A program made the position numbers and the translations under genes. Shown one piece after another: positions 17,921 through 26,910 of a stretch of DNA of 64,000 bases. The stretch comes from an uncultured Verrucomicrobia subdivision 3 bacterium (lineage in GTDB: Bacteria > Verrucomicrobiota > Verrucomicrobiia > Limisphaerales > UBA11358): assembly GCA_903858275.1 (NCBI GenBank), contig CAIOIC010000111.1:20168-84167 (forward strand), written 5' to 3'. A model generated the notes under the pieces. The model was not told where the DNA came from, did not search any database, and worked only from the letters and a program-made list of their open reading frames with translations. Position 1 is the stretch's first letter. Each line of letters starts with the position of its first letter.

Positions 17921-20065
17921 TCAGAGCCATTTGCGGATGGCGTCCTGATATTTGTTGTAGACAAAACCGACAACCAGCAGTGCCACGCCGAGGGCCATGA
18001 ACGTCACCACGCGCCAGATCGTTTCCTGTTTCCACACGTCCACCAGCACCACGCGTCCAACCGCCGCCGCCAGCACGCCGAGTCCCAGCCAGCGGTAAAA
18101 GCGTTCGCGCAGAAACATTCCCAGCGCAAACGCGATGACGGCGAAACCCGCCCAACTCATCGTCAGGAAAATGCCGCCGGTTGTTATCCAGCAAGTGGCA
18201 AACCGCCACAAGCTCGCGCCGGTGACCAGGATGATTGCCCCGTGGATTTTCTCGTCAATGGGAATGTTCGCCCCGGCCCGGCGGAAAATTTGTTGCATCG
18301 CCAGCGGTATCAGCAATGCCAGTAAGTTCGGCCAGTAAACCTCCATTTCCAAACCGTCGTGTCCCCAGAGCGCAACGAACGAAGCGAAGACAAAAACCGC
18401 CGGTGCGACGAAGTCATTGCCGTTGCGTCGCCACAGCGCGAGCGCGAACGGCGGAATGGCCGCCGCCATGTAAGCCCAAACATATTGGCGTGCCGGCAAG
18501 ACGTTCCCAATCCACACCAGCGAGACCAGCACCGCCAGCAATGTGAACAGCATGGGTTCGGCACGCAGTCGCTTCGGGTTGCCGGTCTCCTGCCGGTTCG
18601 CCCAGAACGCATTGAATGCCAGCAGCACGATCAGGCTTGCGCCAGTCCCAAGGCTCGGGGCATGGTTGCGCCGTATTTCCGCCACGCACCAGCCGGTCGC
18701 GATGGCGGCGACAGCACCTCCGAAAAATTTTAACACGGCGCTTTGCTGCTGCGTGCCGAGGACGAACAGCACGACGCTTTCCACGCCGAGCACCAGCACG
18801 AGCTGCAGGCCGGTGAATTTGGAAATAAAACCTAGCGTGACGAGCAGCAAACCCTGCGTGAGATTGGAGTTTTTCGCAATCGGTTCGTCCGGGAGAAATT
18901 GCCGCGCCAAACCGGCGAGCACGAGCAGCACCCCGCCGAAGCCGAGTGAAAATTTCCAGAAGCCGCCGGTGTGAACCTGAATCATCGTCAGCAGAAACAG
19001 CCCGAAAAAAGCGCCGTTGTTCAAAGTGAGAAACGCGGCGCGGTTGGAGCCGGAGAGTTTTTCGCTGCGCGACAGAAAAGTCGCCGCCGTGAACGCGAGC
19101 CAGTAGCACGCGAGGAAGCCCGCGCCAAGACCGAGATTTTCGTCAAGCGCGGCCCAGCGCCAGCCGTCGGTGTGCAGAAACCGCCAGAAGGCATAACCCG
19201 TATAGCTCGTGACGAGGCTGGCGAACGAGAGCGTGACCCAGCGGTTGCGGACGAGAAACACCACGGCGGCAATGGTGAGAATCAGATTGGAATAGAGCGT
19301 GAACTCGCCAACGCGCGTGATGACGGACGTGAAAAACGCGAGGCCGACGGCGAACAGCGCCATTACCTCGGATTTGCGGCGGTCGGCGATCCACGCGATG
19401 ACGCCGGCCCACGCAAGCAGCAACATGCCGTCCACCACCGCATTGCTGATGACACGCAATGGCGGAATGTGATAAGCGGCGTAAGTTGTGAAATAAACCG
19501 CCGCCAGCCCACCGGCGAACAGCACCTGCGCGTAGTTCTTGAGCGATTCCTTGACGTTGCGCCGCTGCCACCACGCGCCCACGCCGAGCAACAGTCCGCT
19601 GGCGAGGTATAGCAAGGAAATTTTCCCGCTGGGACCGAGCCTGCCGATGATGTGGTGATAGGCGTAGTTGGCAAAAAATGCAAGGCCGGTGAGCAGCATC
19701 ACCACGCCGACGCGGACTAGCCAATAGGTGCCCACGCGCATTTCGAAAGAACTTTTTTCCGGCGCGGGCGCAGCTTGGGCGGCCGTCGGCAGCGTTTCGG
19801 CGCTGGGCTTCGATTTTGGCTGGATAGACGGTTGGGAGATTATTGGTGGTGGCGCAATCGGCGACGAAATGGCCGTCGCTGCCGGTGGCGTTTCCGGCTG
19901 AACCGTCGCAGGCTCGGATTTTTGCAGGCGCGCGATTTTGGCCTGCAAATCGTTCACACGGCGCGAGAGTTCCGTGATTTCGTTTCCGGTGTGGATGACG
20001 CGTCCCACCAGCCAGATTGTCAGAATGACCGGGGCGGCAAGGGCCAAGAGGATAATTATTTCCAT
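17921..20065 (-). CDS. DUF2339-type polytopic membrane protein
   Basis: N-terminal TM, coiled coil (ELSRRVNDLQAKIARLQK), Pro-rich linker, then about 20 predicted TM helices. Confidence 0.65.
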   Translation of the reverse strand: MEIIILLALAAPVILTIWLVGRVIHTGNEITELSRRVNDLQAKIARLQKSEPATVQPETPPAATAISSPIAPPPIISQPSIQPKSKPSAETLPTAAQAAPAPEKSSFEMRVGTYWLVRVGVVMLLTGLAFFANYAYHHIIGRLGPSGKISLLYLASGLLLGVGAWWQRRNVKESLKNYAQVLFAGGLAAVYFTTYAAYHIPPLRVISNAVVDGMLLLAWAGVIAWIADRRKSEVMALFAVGLAFFTSVITRVGEFTLYSNLILTIAAVVFLVRNRWVTLSFASLVTSYTGYAFWRFLHTDGWRWAALDENLGLGAGFLACYWLAFTAATFLSRSEKLSGSNRAAFLTLNNGAFFGLFLLTMIQVHTGGFWKFSLGFGGVLLVLAGLARQFLPDEPIAKNSNLTQGLLLVTLGFISKFTGLQLVLVLGVESVVLFVLGTQQQSAVLKFFGGAVAAIATGWCVAEIRRNHAPSLGTGASLIVLLAFNAFWANRQETGNPKRLRAEPMLFTLLAVLVSLVWIGNVLPARQYVWAYMAAAIPPFALALWRRNGNDFVAPAVFVFASFVALWGHDGLEMEVYWPNLLALLIPLAMQQIFRRAGANIPIDEKIHGAIILVTGASLWRFATCWITTGGIFLTMSWAGFAVIAFALGMFLRERFYRWLGLGVLAAAVGRVVLVDVWKQETIWRVVTFMALGVALLVVGFVYNKYQDAIRKWL

Positions 20066-20186
20066 AACCGGTTTCCTTCCGTAAGTCCGGCCTGCGGTTT
20101 CGCCGGGCGGAATTACAATGTGAATTTCACGCGTTCATTTTGCCGCAAAATGGTCTGGCTGCGTGAAGCAAAAACCCTTTCGCCAA

Positions 20187-21377
20187 TCAAACCGATGATG
20201 TGGTTGCTTGTGCCGCTGTCGTTTTGCCAGTGAATAAGCTCTTGAACCATGCCCATGCGGCGCGGATGCCTACATCGCGCACGCCGGCAAGATTGTAGAT
20301 ATGGGCAATTTCCTCTTCGTGGCCAAGATAACGCGGCGGCAGTAGAATAACGGTCTTCGTCGAATCGCCTTCAATGCGCAGGATTTCCGAATAAAAAATT
20401 CCGCGTCCGGTTTCGTAGTTTCCAGCCGGCAGGACCAGCGTGCGCTGCGGCAGCACCAGCCAAGGACGGTAGTTGAAGACGAGTTCGCCACCTTCGGCGC
20501 GAATCAGTTTGCCGTAGGTGCGGGTGGGGACTTTTTGAATCTTGGTGCCAAGAAACATTTTGTTAGCTGGCGCCTCCGGCTTGAAACGGCGTTTGCATCC
20601 GGTGAAAAAATCCCAGATAAACACGACCCCGAAATGGGAGAGACGAAAACTCCAGCCGGCGAGTAGATAGGCGATCAGGATGACAATCAGCGCCCACGCG
20701 GCTCCAATCCACGGGTTGACAAAAGACGTGCCCGCCACGGTCGCGAGCAAGGCGGTGCGGATGGCTTTGAGCGCCGCATCCACGGTCGAAAATGGACTTA
20801 ATAGGATCAGAACATTGATGGCGTTTGATGCCAGGAAGACGATGAAAAACGCCGCCATCGCTACGGGAACCATCAGCGCGTTATAGAGCCAGTGCAAATC
20901 AATCGCGGCCAAACCACCCGCCGCGAGTGACGCGCTGGTGTGGTCGGGCGCATGAAAAATCGAGGCGGCAATCGGCACAAACGCGGCGGTGGCGACCAGA
21001 CCAGAGAGCTTGTGCTCGGCGGCCTCCGCGGCATCGAGCGGTTTTTTGATTATGGTCGGGATATAGATGCCTCCTGCATCCTTCAGAAAACACGCGCCGA
21101 CCAGTAGCAGAGCTGGAGCCCAGAAGAGCGGATTTGCATACCAAGGAAGCGCGCCTTTCTGCTCCGGCGTTTTGGCTTTGAAATAATCATAGGCTCCAAC
21201 CGCGCCGACGCCTAGCAGCGGCGAAATCGCCACGCCGGTGATCATGGAGACGGTTTCGCACACCTTTTTGCCGGCGGGATTTGGATCGGTGTTTTTGGCG
21301 GCGGCAGCCTGCGCCGAAGCCGCCAGTGGCAGGGTGATAAGAAAGGCGGCAACCAGTAAAAACTTCAATGTTTTCAT
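20187..21377 (-). CDS. hypothetical membrane protein (signal peptide, multi-TM N half, soluble C-terminal domain)
   Basis: 396-aa ORF directly upstream of the DUF2339 gene and co-directional with it. I recognise no family with confidence. Confidence 0.55.
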   Translation of the reverse strand: MKTLKFLLVAAFLITLPLAASAQAAAAKNTDPNPAGKKVCETVSMITGVAISPLLGVGAVGAYDYFKAKTPEQKGALPWYANPLFWAPALLLVGACFLKDAGGIYIPTIIKKPLDAAEAAEHKLSGLVATAAFVPIAASIFHAPDHTSASLAAGGLAAIDLHWLYNALMVPVAMAAFFIVFLASNAINVLILLSPFSTVDAALKAIRTALLATVAGTSFVNPWIGAAWALIVILIAYLLAGWSFRLSHFGVVFIWDFFTGCKRRFKPEAPANKMFLGTKIQKVPTRTYGKLIRAEGGELVFNYRPWLVLPQRTLVLPAGNYETGRGIFYSEILRIEGDSTKTVILLPPRYLGHEEEIAHIYNLAGVRDVGIRAAWAWFKSLFTGKTTAAQATTSSV

Positions 21378-21442
21378 GCCGACATCATCTCTCCAACCCT
21401 GAGCGGCTGTAAAGTGGAAACCAATTTAATTGAAATGACGTG

Positions 21443-21470
21443 TTGACTTCATCCGTCTGTTTGATAGTTT
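21443..21470 (+). promoter_or_regulatory. sigma70-like promoter upstream of rplM
   Basis: TTGACT (21443-21448), 16-nt spacer, TAGTTT (21465-21470). Lies about 30 nt upstream of the rplM ATG. Confidence 0.35.
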
Positions 21471-21499
21471 CCACGTCCCTTTATTTGGAATTTTTTGAA

Positions 21500-21934
21500 A
21501 TGAAAACGCATCTGCCGAAAGTGAATTTGGACCAGCGTAAATGGCATGTAATTGATGCCGATGGCGCCGTGCTTGGCCGTCTGGCCGTGCAGGTTGCCGA
21601 TATTTTGCGCGGCAAGAACAAGCCTGTTTATACGCCGCACCTTGACGCCGGTGACTTTGTCATCGTCGTTAATGCCGAAAAGGTCAAGGTCACCGGCAAA
21701 AAAGAGACGGACAAGGAATACATGACCTATTCCGGCTGGAAGGGCGGCGAAAAATACGCCACCGTTCAGGATCTCCGCGCCAAGCATCCCGAATTGCTCA
21801 TCGAACGCGCCGTCAAAGGCATGATTCCCAAGAATCGCCTCGGTCGCGTGTTGCTGACTAAGTTGAAAGTTTTCAAAGGACCGAAACACGACCATCAGGC
21901 CCAGACGCCCGCCGTGCTCGCACCCGCTAAATAA
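21500..21934 (+). CDS. rplM: 50S ribosomal protein L13
   Basis: [62 protein letters not shown]. The internal ATG at 21500 fits L13 length. Confidence 0.95.
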   Translation: MKTHLPKVNLDQRKWHVIDADGAVLGRLAVQVADILRGKNKPVYTPHLDAGDFVIVVNAEKVKVTGKKETDKEYMTYSGWKGGEKYATVQDLRAKHPELLIERAVKGMIPKNRLGRVLLTKLKVFKGPKHDHQAQTPAVLAPAK

Positions 21935-21942
21935 TTTTTGTT

Positions 21943-22344
21943 ATGGCTACGAAAACCACCAATGAATTCCTTGGCACCGGCCGTCGCAAGACTGCCATTG
22001 CCCGTGTCCGTCTCGCGACCGGCAGCGGCAAGATCACCGTCAACGGCCGCGCGTTTGAAAACTATTTCCCGCTGGACACCCAGCGCGCCACGGTTTCCTC
22101 GCCGCTGACGATTACTGGCACGTCGGACAAGCTCGATGTGCGTGTGAATGTCGTCGGCGGCGGTCCGCTCGGCCAGGCGGGCGCGGTGCGCCACGGGATT
22201 TCCCGCGCGCTCTTGAAATTTGACGCAAACCTTCGCCCCGCGCTGAAAGCCGAAGGTTTTCTCACCCGCGACCCGCGCGAACGTGAGCGGAAGAAATACG
22301 GCCAGCCCGGCGCGCGCAAACGCTTCCAGTTCTCGAAGCGTTGA
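21943..22344 (+). CDS. rpsI: 30S ribosomal protein S9
   Basis: [14 protein letters not shown]...[19 protein letters not shown]...[25 protein letters not shown]. Confidence 0.95.
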   Translation: MATKTTNEFLGTGRRKTAIARVRLATGSGKITVNGRAFENYFPLDTQRATVSSPLTITGTSDKLDVRVNVVGGGPLGQAGAVRHGISRALLKFDANLRPALKAEGFLTRDPRERERKKYGQPGARKRFQFSKR

Positions 22345-22364
22345 TCGCAACGGAAAGTTTACCA

Positions 22365-22393
22365 ACCCGCTGGCTTGTGCCGGCGGGTTTTTT
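22365..22393 (+). terminator. rho-independent terminator after rpsI
   Basis: Stem ACCCGCTGGC / GCCGGCGGGT (one G-U pair), loop TTGT, then a T-run. Confidence 0.8.
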
Positions 22394-22431
22394 GCTTTAG
22401 ATGTGAATTGCGGGAATTTTCACCAATCGAA

Positions 22432-22488
22432 TTCGTGTCAATTCGTGAAATTCGTGTCTAAATTTTCGTGTGGTTCGTGTGGTTCGTG
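22432..22488 (+). repeat. array of six TTCGTG units (9-14 nt spacing) just upstream of argC
   Basis: TTCGTG at 22432, 22442, 22451, 22465, 22474 and 22483. The array ends 16 nt before the argC ATG. Confidence 0.9.
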
Positions 22489-22504
22489 GTTAAATTTTTG
22501 AAAG

Positions 22505-23542
22505 ATGAAAACTAAAAAAGTCGCCATCGTCGGTGCGTCCGGTTATTCCGGCGAAGTGCTCGTGCAGTTACTTCTCAATCATCCGCACGCAGAACTCGTT
22601 GCCGTTACCTCGCGCCAGAATGCCGGCCAGACGCTGGCGCAGGTTTTTCCGAAATTTGCCAGCCATCCAAAATCAAAGACCATCCGTTTCTCCGAGCCGA
22701 ATGCCGAAGCATTGGCTAAACAGGCTGAGGTTGTGTTTCTCGCGCTGCCGCACGGCGTCGCCGCGGAATTCGCCGTGCCGCTGCTGGCCGCCGGCTGCGT
22801 GGTCATTGATTTGAGTGCGGATTTCCGGCTCAAGAGCCCGGAGATTTACAAGGAGTTTTACGCGCACGACCATCCCGCACCGGAACTTTTGAAAAAAGCG
22901 GTTTACGGGTTGCCGGAATTTTATCGGGCCGAAATCAAAAAGTCTTTGCTCATCGCGTCGCCCGGTTGCTATCCGACCAGCATTTTGCTGCCGACGATTC
23001 CGCTGCTGAAGGCTGGGCTCATCCAGTCGCAGGGCATCATCGCTGATTCCCTGAGCGGCGTCAGCGGCGCGGGGCGGAAGGCGGAGATTGATTACCTGTT
23101 CTGCGAATGCAACGAGAGCGTGCGGCCCTACGGCCTGCCGAAGCACAGGCATTTGTCCGAAATCGAAGAGCAACTTTCGCTCGCGGCAAAAACCCAGGTG
23201 ACGATCCAGTTCACGCCGCATTTGATTCCGGTGAATCGTGGTATTTTAACGACGCTTTATCTCAATCCAACCGGCAAAGCATCGGCTGAAACTATCACCG
23301 CATGTTATGCCAAGGCTTACGCCAACGAACCCTTCGTGCGGTTGCTCGAAGGCAAGGCGCTGCCCGACACGAAAAACGTCGTCGGCACCAACGTCTGCGA
23401 AATCGCCTGGCGGCTCGACCCACGCACGGGCCGGCTCATCGTGATGAGCGCGGAAGATAACCTCGTCAAAGGTGCCAGCGGTCAGGCCGTGCAAAGCTTG
23501 AACATCTTGAGCGGATGGCCGGAGACGTCGGGACTGGTATAA
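22505..23542 (+). CDS. argC: N-acetyl-gamma-glutamyl-phosphate reductase
   Basis: VAIVGASGYSGEVLVQLL..., catalytic region IASPGCYPTS, 345 aa. Confidence 0.95.
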   Translation: MKTKKVAIVGASGYSGEVLVQLLLNHPHAELVAVTSRQNAGQTLAQVFPKFASHPKSKTIRFSEPNAEALAKQAEVVFLALPHGVAAEFAVPLLAAGCVVIDLSADFRLKSPEIYKEFYAHDHPAPELLKKAVYGLPEFYRAEIKKSLLIASPGCYPTSILLPTIPLLKAGLIQSQGIIADSLSGVSGAGRKAEIDYLFCECNESVRPYGLPKHRHLSEIEEQLSLAAKTQVTIQFTPHLIPVNRGILTTLYLNPTGKASAETITACYAKAYANEPFVRLLEGKALPDTKNVVGTNVCEIAWRLDPRTGRLIVMSAEDNLVKGASGQAVQSLNILSGWPETSGLV

Positions 23543-23550
23543 TACATCTG

Positions 23551-24549
23551 ATGCCTCCGTCATTATCCCAATCTGCGACCGAGCATCTGGACGAACTGGT
23601 TTTGCCTTTCGCGCGGCAGGATTTTACCACGCTGGCGCAGGATTCGACGGTGGAACAGGCGTTGGCGTCCATTCGCAGTAAAGGGGTGGGGGAACGCGTG
23701 GTTTATTTCTATGTAGTGGATGATGCGTCCCGATTGGTCGGCGTGGTGCCGACGCGACGCCTGCTTACCATGCCATTGGAAGGCAAACTTGCGGACATTA
23801 TGATCCGCAATGTGGTAGCGATTCCCGATACCGCCACGGTCATGGATGCCTGCGAATGTTTTGCCATCCATAAATTCTTTGCCTTCCCGATTGTTGATAA
23901 AGACCGCCGCGTGGTCGGCGTGGCGGATGTGGGTTTGTTCACCAACCAAGTCTTTGACGTGGCGGAACGCGAGCAGATGGATGAAGTGTTTGAAGCCATA
24001 GGCTTTCGCGTCTCGCAAGTGCGCGATGCCTCGCCGTGGCGCGCTTTTCGCATCCGGTTTCCCTGGTTGATCACCACGCTTATCAGCGGCACCTTTTGCG
24101 CCTTTCTGGCGAGCGCTTACGAACTCACGCTGGCCAAGAGCCTCGTGCTGGCATTTTTCCTCACGATGATTCTCGGCCTGAATGAAAGCGTCAGCATTCA
24201 ATCCATGACCATGACCATTCAGGCATTGCGTTCGCTGGTTCCGACCCGGCGCTGGTATCTGCAGGCGCTCTGGCGTGAAGTCGGCACGGCGTTGCTGCTG
24301 GGGCTGGTGTGCGGCGTTATTGTGGCAATCATTTCCTCCGTCTGGCGCGGCCCGGACCTGGCGGCGGCGGTGGTCGGGGCGACGATATTTCTGACGCTTT
24401 GCACGTCGTGCCTCGCCGGACTGACGGTGCCCACGATATTACACGCGCTCAAACTGGATCCCAAAATTGCCGCCGGCCCGCTGACGCTGGCGCTGGCGGA
24501 CATTGCGGCGCTGCTGCTGTATTTTAATCTGGCAAAATGGATTCTGTAA
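23551..24549 (+). CDS. MgtE-like divalent cation transporter (CBS pair plus MgtE membrane domain, short N-terminus)
   Basis: CBS-type segments (VVYFYVVDDASRLVGVVPTRRLL; AFPIVDKDRRVVGVADV) are followed by 5 TM helices. I prefer the ATG at 23551. Confidence 0.65.
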   Translation: MPPSLSQSATEHLDELVLPFARQDFTTLAQDSTVEQALASIRSKGVGERVVYFYVVDDASRLVGVVPTRRLLTMPLEGKLADIMIRNVVAIPDTATVMDACECFAIHKFFAFPIVDKDRRVVGVADVGLFTNQVFDVAEREQMDEVFEAIGFRVSQVRDASPWRAFRIRFPWLITTLISGTFCAFLASAYELTLAKSLVLAFFLTMILGLNESVSIQSMTMTIQALRSLVPTRRWYLQALWREVGTALLLGLVCGVIVAIISSVWRGPDLAAAVVGATIFLTLCTSCLAGLTVPTILHALKLDPKIAAGPLTLALADIAALLLYFNLAKWIL

Positions 24550-24550
24550 T

Positions 24551-25402
24551 ATGAAGTCTGCATTGTCAGAGAAAGTGGCTAACTCATCTCGAAAAAAGAA
24601 ATCCGAGCCAGCTATTGCGACGTGGAATCCGGCGGATTACGCCGCAAACTCCGCTGTGCAGCAAAGCTGGGCGGGCGAACTGATCGCCCGGCTCAAACTG
24701 CGCGGGGACGAGCACATTCTCGATGTCGGTTGTGGCAATGGCAAAATTACGGCGGAGCTCGCTACTGCTGTGCCGCGAGGTTTGGTGATCGGCATGGATG
24801 CTTCGGCGGAAATGATTGGCTTCGCGCGGGAAAAGTTTTCGGTTTTAGAAAATCCCAATCTTAAATTTCAAATCACCGACGCTCGGGAAATCCGTTCCCC
24901 CCAAAAATTCGACGTATTTTTTTCCAATGCCGCCCTGCATTGGGTGGATGACCATGAGGCGATTTTGCGTGGCGCGGCTTCCGTGCTGAAATCTGGCGGA
25001 CGGCTGGTCATCTCCTGCGGCGGTAAAGGCAATGCCCATGATGTCTTTCTTGCGCTGCGACCCGAGATGCGGTTGAAACGCTGGCGTGAATTTTTCCGCC
25101 GGATGCCAATGCCATATTACTTTTACGCGCCAAGCGATTACGAAAAATGGCTGCCCCAAGCCGGCTTCAGAATCCAGCGGCTGGAACTCTCGCCCAAGGA
25201 TGCGACTTATGCGGGAGTAACGGGTTTCGCCACCTGGTTGCGCACTACCTGGCTGCCTTTTGTTCAGCGCGTTTCCGATGATTTACGCGAGGAATTCATT
25301 GCTGCCGTTACGCAGCGTTATGTCGCCAAACATCCGCCGGATGCAGAAGGCAAAATCCTTGTTCGCATGGTGCGATTGGAAATCGATGCTTCGAAGGTTT
25401 AG
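24551..25402 (+). CDS. class I SAM-dependent methyltransferase (Tam-like)
   Basis: Motif I ILDVGCGNGKIT, followed by FDVFFSNAALHWV. The start is 1 nt after the mgtE-like stop. Confidence 0.8.
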   Translation: MKSALSEKVANSSRKKKSEPAIATWNPADYAANSAVQQSWAGELIARLKLRGDEHILDVGCGNGKITAELATAVPRGLVIGMDASAEMIGFAREKFSVLENPNLKFQITDAREIRSPQKFDVFFSNAALHWVDDHEAILRGAASVLKSGGRLVISCGGKGNAHDVFLALRPEMRLKRWREFFRRMPMPYYFYAPSDYEKWLPQAGFRIQRLELSPKDATYAGVTGFATWLRTTWLPFVQRVSDDLREEFIAAVTQRYVAKHPPDAEGKILVRMVRLEIDASKV

Positions 25403-25404
25403 CC

Positions 25405-25514
25405 GTGAAATACACGAACCACACAAAAAGTTGTAGTGTCGGCGCTGGGTGCCGGTAAACGAGCCACAGGCTCGACTACCTGTCTGTTTTTCGTGTCATT
25501 TCGTGGGTTTCGTG
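25405..25514. repeat. inverted pair of TTCGTG-type arms upstream of argJ
   Basis: Left arm 25405-25430 (CCGTGAAATACACGAACCACACAAAAAG) is the approximate reverse complement of the right arm 25487-25514 (three TTCGTG units at 25490, 25500, 25509). Confidence 0.75.
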
Positions 25515-25531
25515 GTTCAATAAATTTGAAA

Positions 25532-26881
25532 ATGAAAACGCAGTTCAAAGAAATTAGCGGATCCATCGTTGCGCCCACCGGCTTTCTCGCCAGCGGCGTG
25601 TTTTGCGACATCAAAAAACTCGGCACCGGCAAAGGCTCGAACAAGGGCGAGAAGCGCGACCTCGCGCTTATCGTTTCCGAAACGCCCGCGACGGTGGCTG
25701 GAATGTTCACGACAAATCAGGTTTGCGCTGCCCCGGTAAAGGTCTGCGCCGAACGCGTGAAGAAAGGCACGGCACAAGTCGTCGTCGTTAATTCCGGTAA
25801 CGCGAACGCCTGCACCGGCAAACAGGGCATGGCCGACGCGCGCGACATGGTTTCGTTTACGGAGCAGGCACTGGGATTTTCGGCGGGACGTGCGCTGGTG
25901 GGATCCACCGGTCGCATCGGCGTGATAATGCCGATGGATAATGTCCGCGCTGGCATTATCGAAGCTGTGTTGGAATTGGGCTACACCACCGCTCATGCTG
26001 ACCATGCAGTTGTAGCAATCATGACGAGCGACACCAAGCCCAAGCAAATCGCGTTGGAATTCAAGCTCGGCGGCAGGACGGTTCGCATCGGCGGCATCTG
26101 TAAAGGTGCGGGAATGATCCAGCCCGGCATGAGCGGGACCGGAGCGAGGCCGGCGGCGTTGCCTGGTGGCCATCCGCAAGGATTGCACGCGACGATGCTC
26201 GGATTCATCACCACCGACGCGGCGGTTGAACGGAAAGTTTTACAGGTAGCGTTGCAGGAAGCCGTGGCGCACAGTTTTAATCGCATCACCGTGGATGGCG
26301 ACATGAGCACAAACGACACGGTGCTGGTGCTGGCCAACGGTTTGGCCGGCAATAAACCGGTGGGGCGAGCGTCCTCGCGAGCTGATTTGCATATATTTCA
26401 GGCCGCGCTGAATCACGTCTGCCTTGAACTGGCGAAGAAGATTGTGCGCGACGGCGAAGGCGTTCATCGCGTTGTGACCGTGCGTGTGAGCGGCGCGAAG
26501 ACGGTTCAGGATGCCGATGCCGCCGCGCGCGCGGTGGCTAACAGCGCGCTGGTGAAAACAAGCTGGCATGGCGGAGACCCAAACTGGGGCCGCATCATTG
26601 ACGCGATTGGATATTCCGCCGCGACGGTGGTGGAGGAGAAAATTGACATCGGCTATTCTGCGCCTAGCTCAAAGAAAATTCTTTGGAGTCTGAAACGCGG
26701 CCAGCCGACGAAGGCGACGTTTAAGCAATTATGCGCTGCTGTTGCCCCGAAGGAATTTGAACTGCACATCCAACTGAATCTCGGCAAGTCGAGCGCGGTG
26801 ATGTATGCCGCCGATTTGACCGAGGAATATGTGGACTTCAACAAGGGTGACGTGACGGATGCCAGCTCATTGGGCGGTTAG
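25532..26881 (+). CDS. argJ: bifunctional ornithine acetyltransferase / N-acetylglutamate synthase
   Basis: ICKGAGMIQP...ATMLGFITTDA (autoprocessing Thr), DGDMSTNDT, VRDGEG, SWHGGDPNWGRI. I prefer the start at MKTQFKE. Confidence 0.93.
   Translation: MKTQFKEISGSIVAPTGFLASGVFCDIKKLGTGKGSNKGEKRDLALIVSETPATVAGMFTTNQVCAAPVKVCAERVKKGTAQVVVVNSGNANACTGKQGMADARDMVSFTEQALGFSAGRALVGSTGRIGVIMPMDNVRAGIIEAVLELGYTTAHADHAVVAIMTSDTKPKQIALEFKLGGRTVRIGGICKGAGMIQPGMSGTGARPAALPGGHPQGLHATMLGFITTDAAVERKVLQVALQEAVAHSFNRITVDGDMSTNDTVLVLANGLAGNKPVGRASSRADLHIFQAALNHVCLELAKKIVRDGEGVHRVVTVRVSGAKTVQDADAAARAVANSALVKTSWHGGDPNWGRIIDAIGYSAATVVEEKIDIGYSAPSSKKILWSLKRGQPTKATFKQLCAAVAPKEFELHIQLNLGKSSAVMYAADLTEEYVDFNKGDVTDASSLGG
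26359..26384. repeat. copy of the 26-nt GGTGGGGCGAGCGTCCTCGCGAGCTG motif inside argJ
   Basis: Encodes PVGRASSRADL in the argJ frame. See 4322-4347 and 34902-34921. Confidence 0.9.
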
Positions 26882-26910
26882 AACAATCAGTCAAAGATTC
26901 AGTTTTTTAT

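Noticed and set aside
22403-22423. ArgR operator (ARG box) upstream of argC, in GTGAATTGCGGGAATTTTCAC.
   Set aside because: It is only a loose palindrome (GTGAAT ... TTTCAC) with a GC-rich centre. It does not fit the 18-bp TNTGAAT-W4-ATTCANW consensus. No comparable site precedes argB or argF.
21480-25534. Absence of Shine-Dalgarno sequences and the recurrent TTTGAAA-ATG start context (rplM, argC, argJ) as a special signal.
   Set aside because: Most genes in the window have A/T-rich starts without a Shine-Dalgarno sequence. This is most simply a genome-wide property of the lineage. Only rpsB shows a clear AAGGA.
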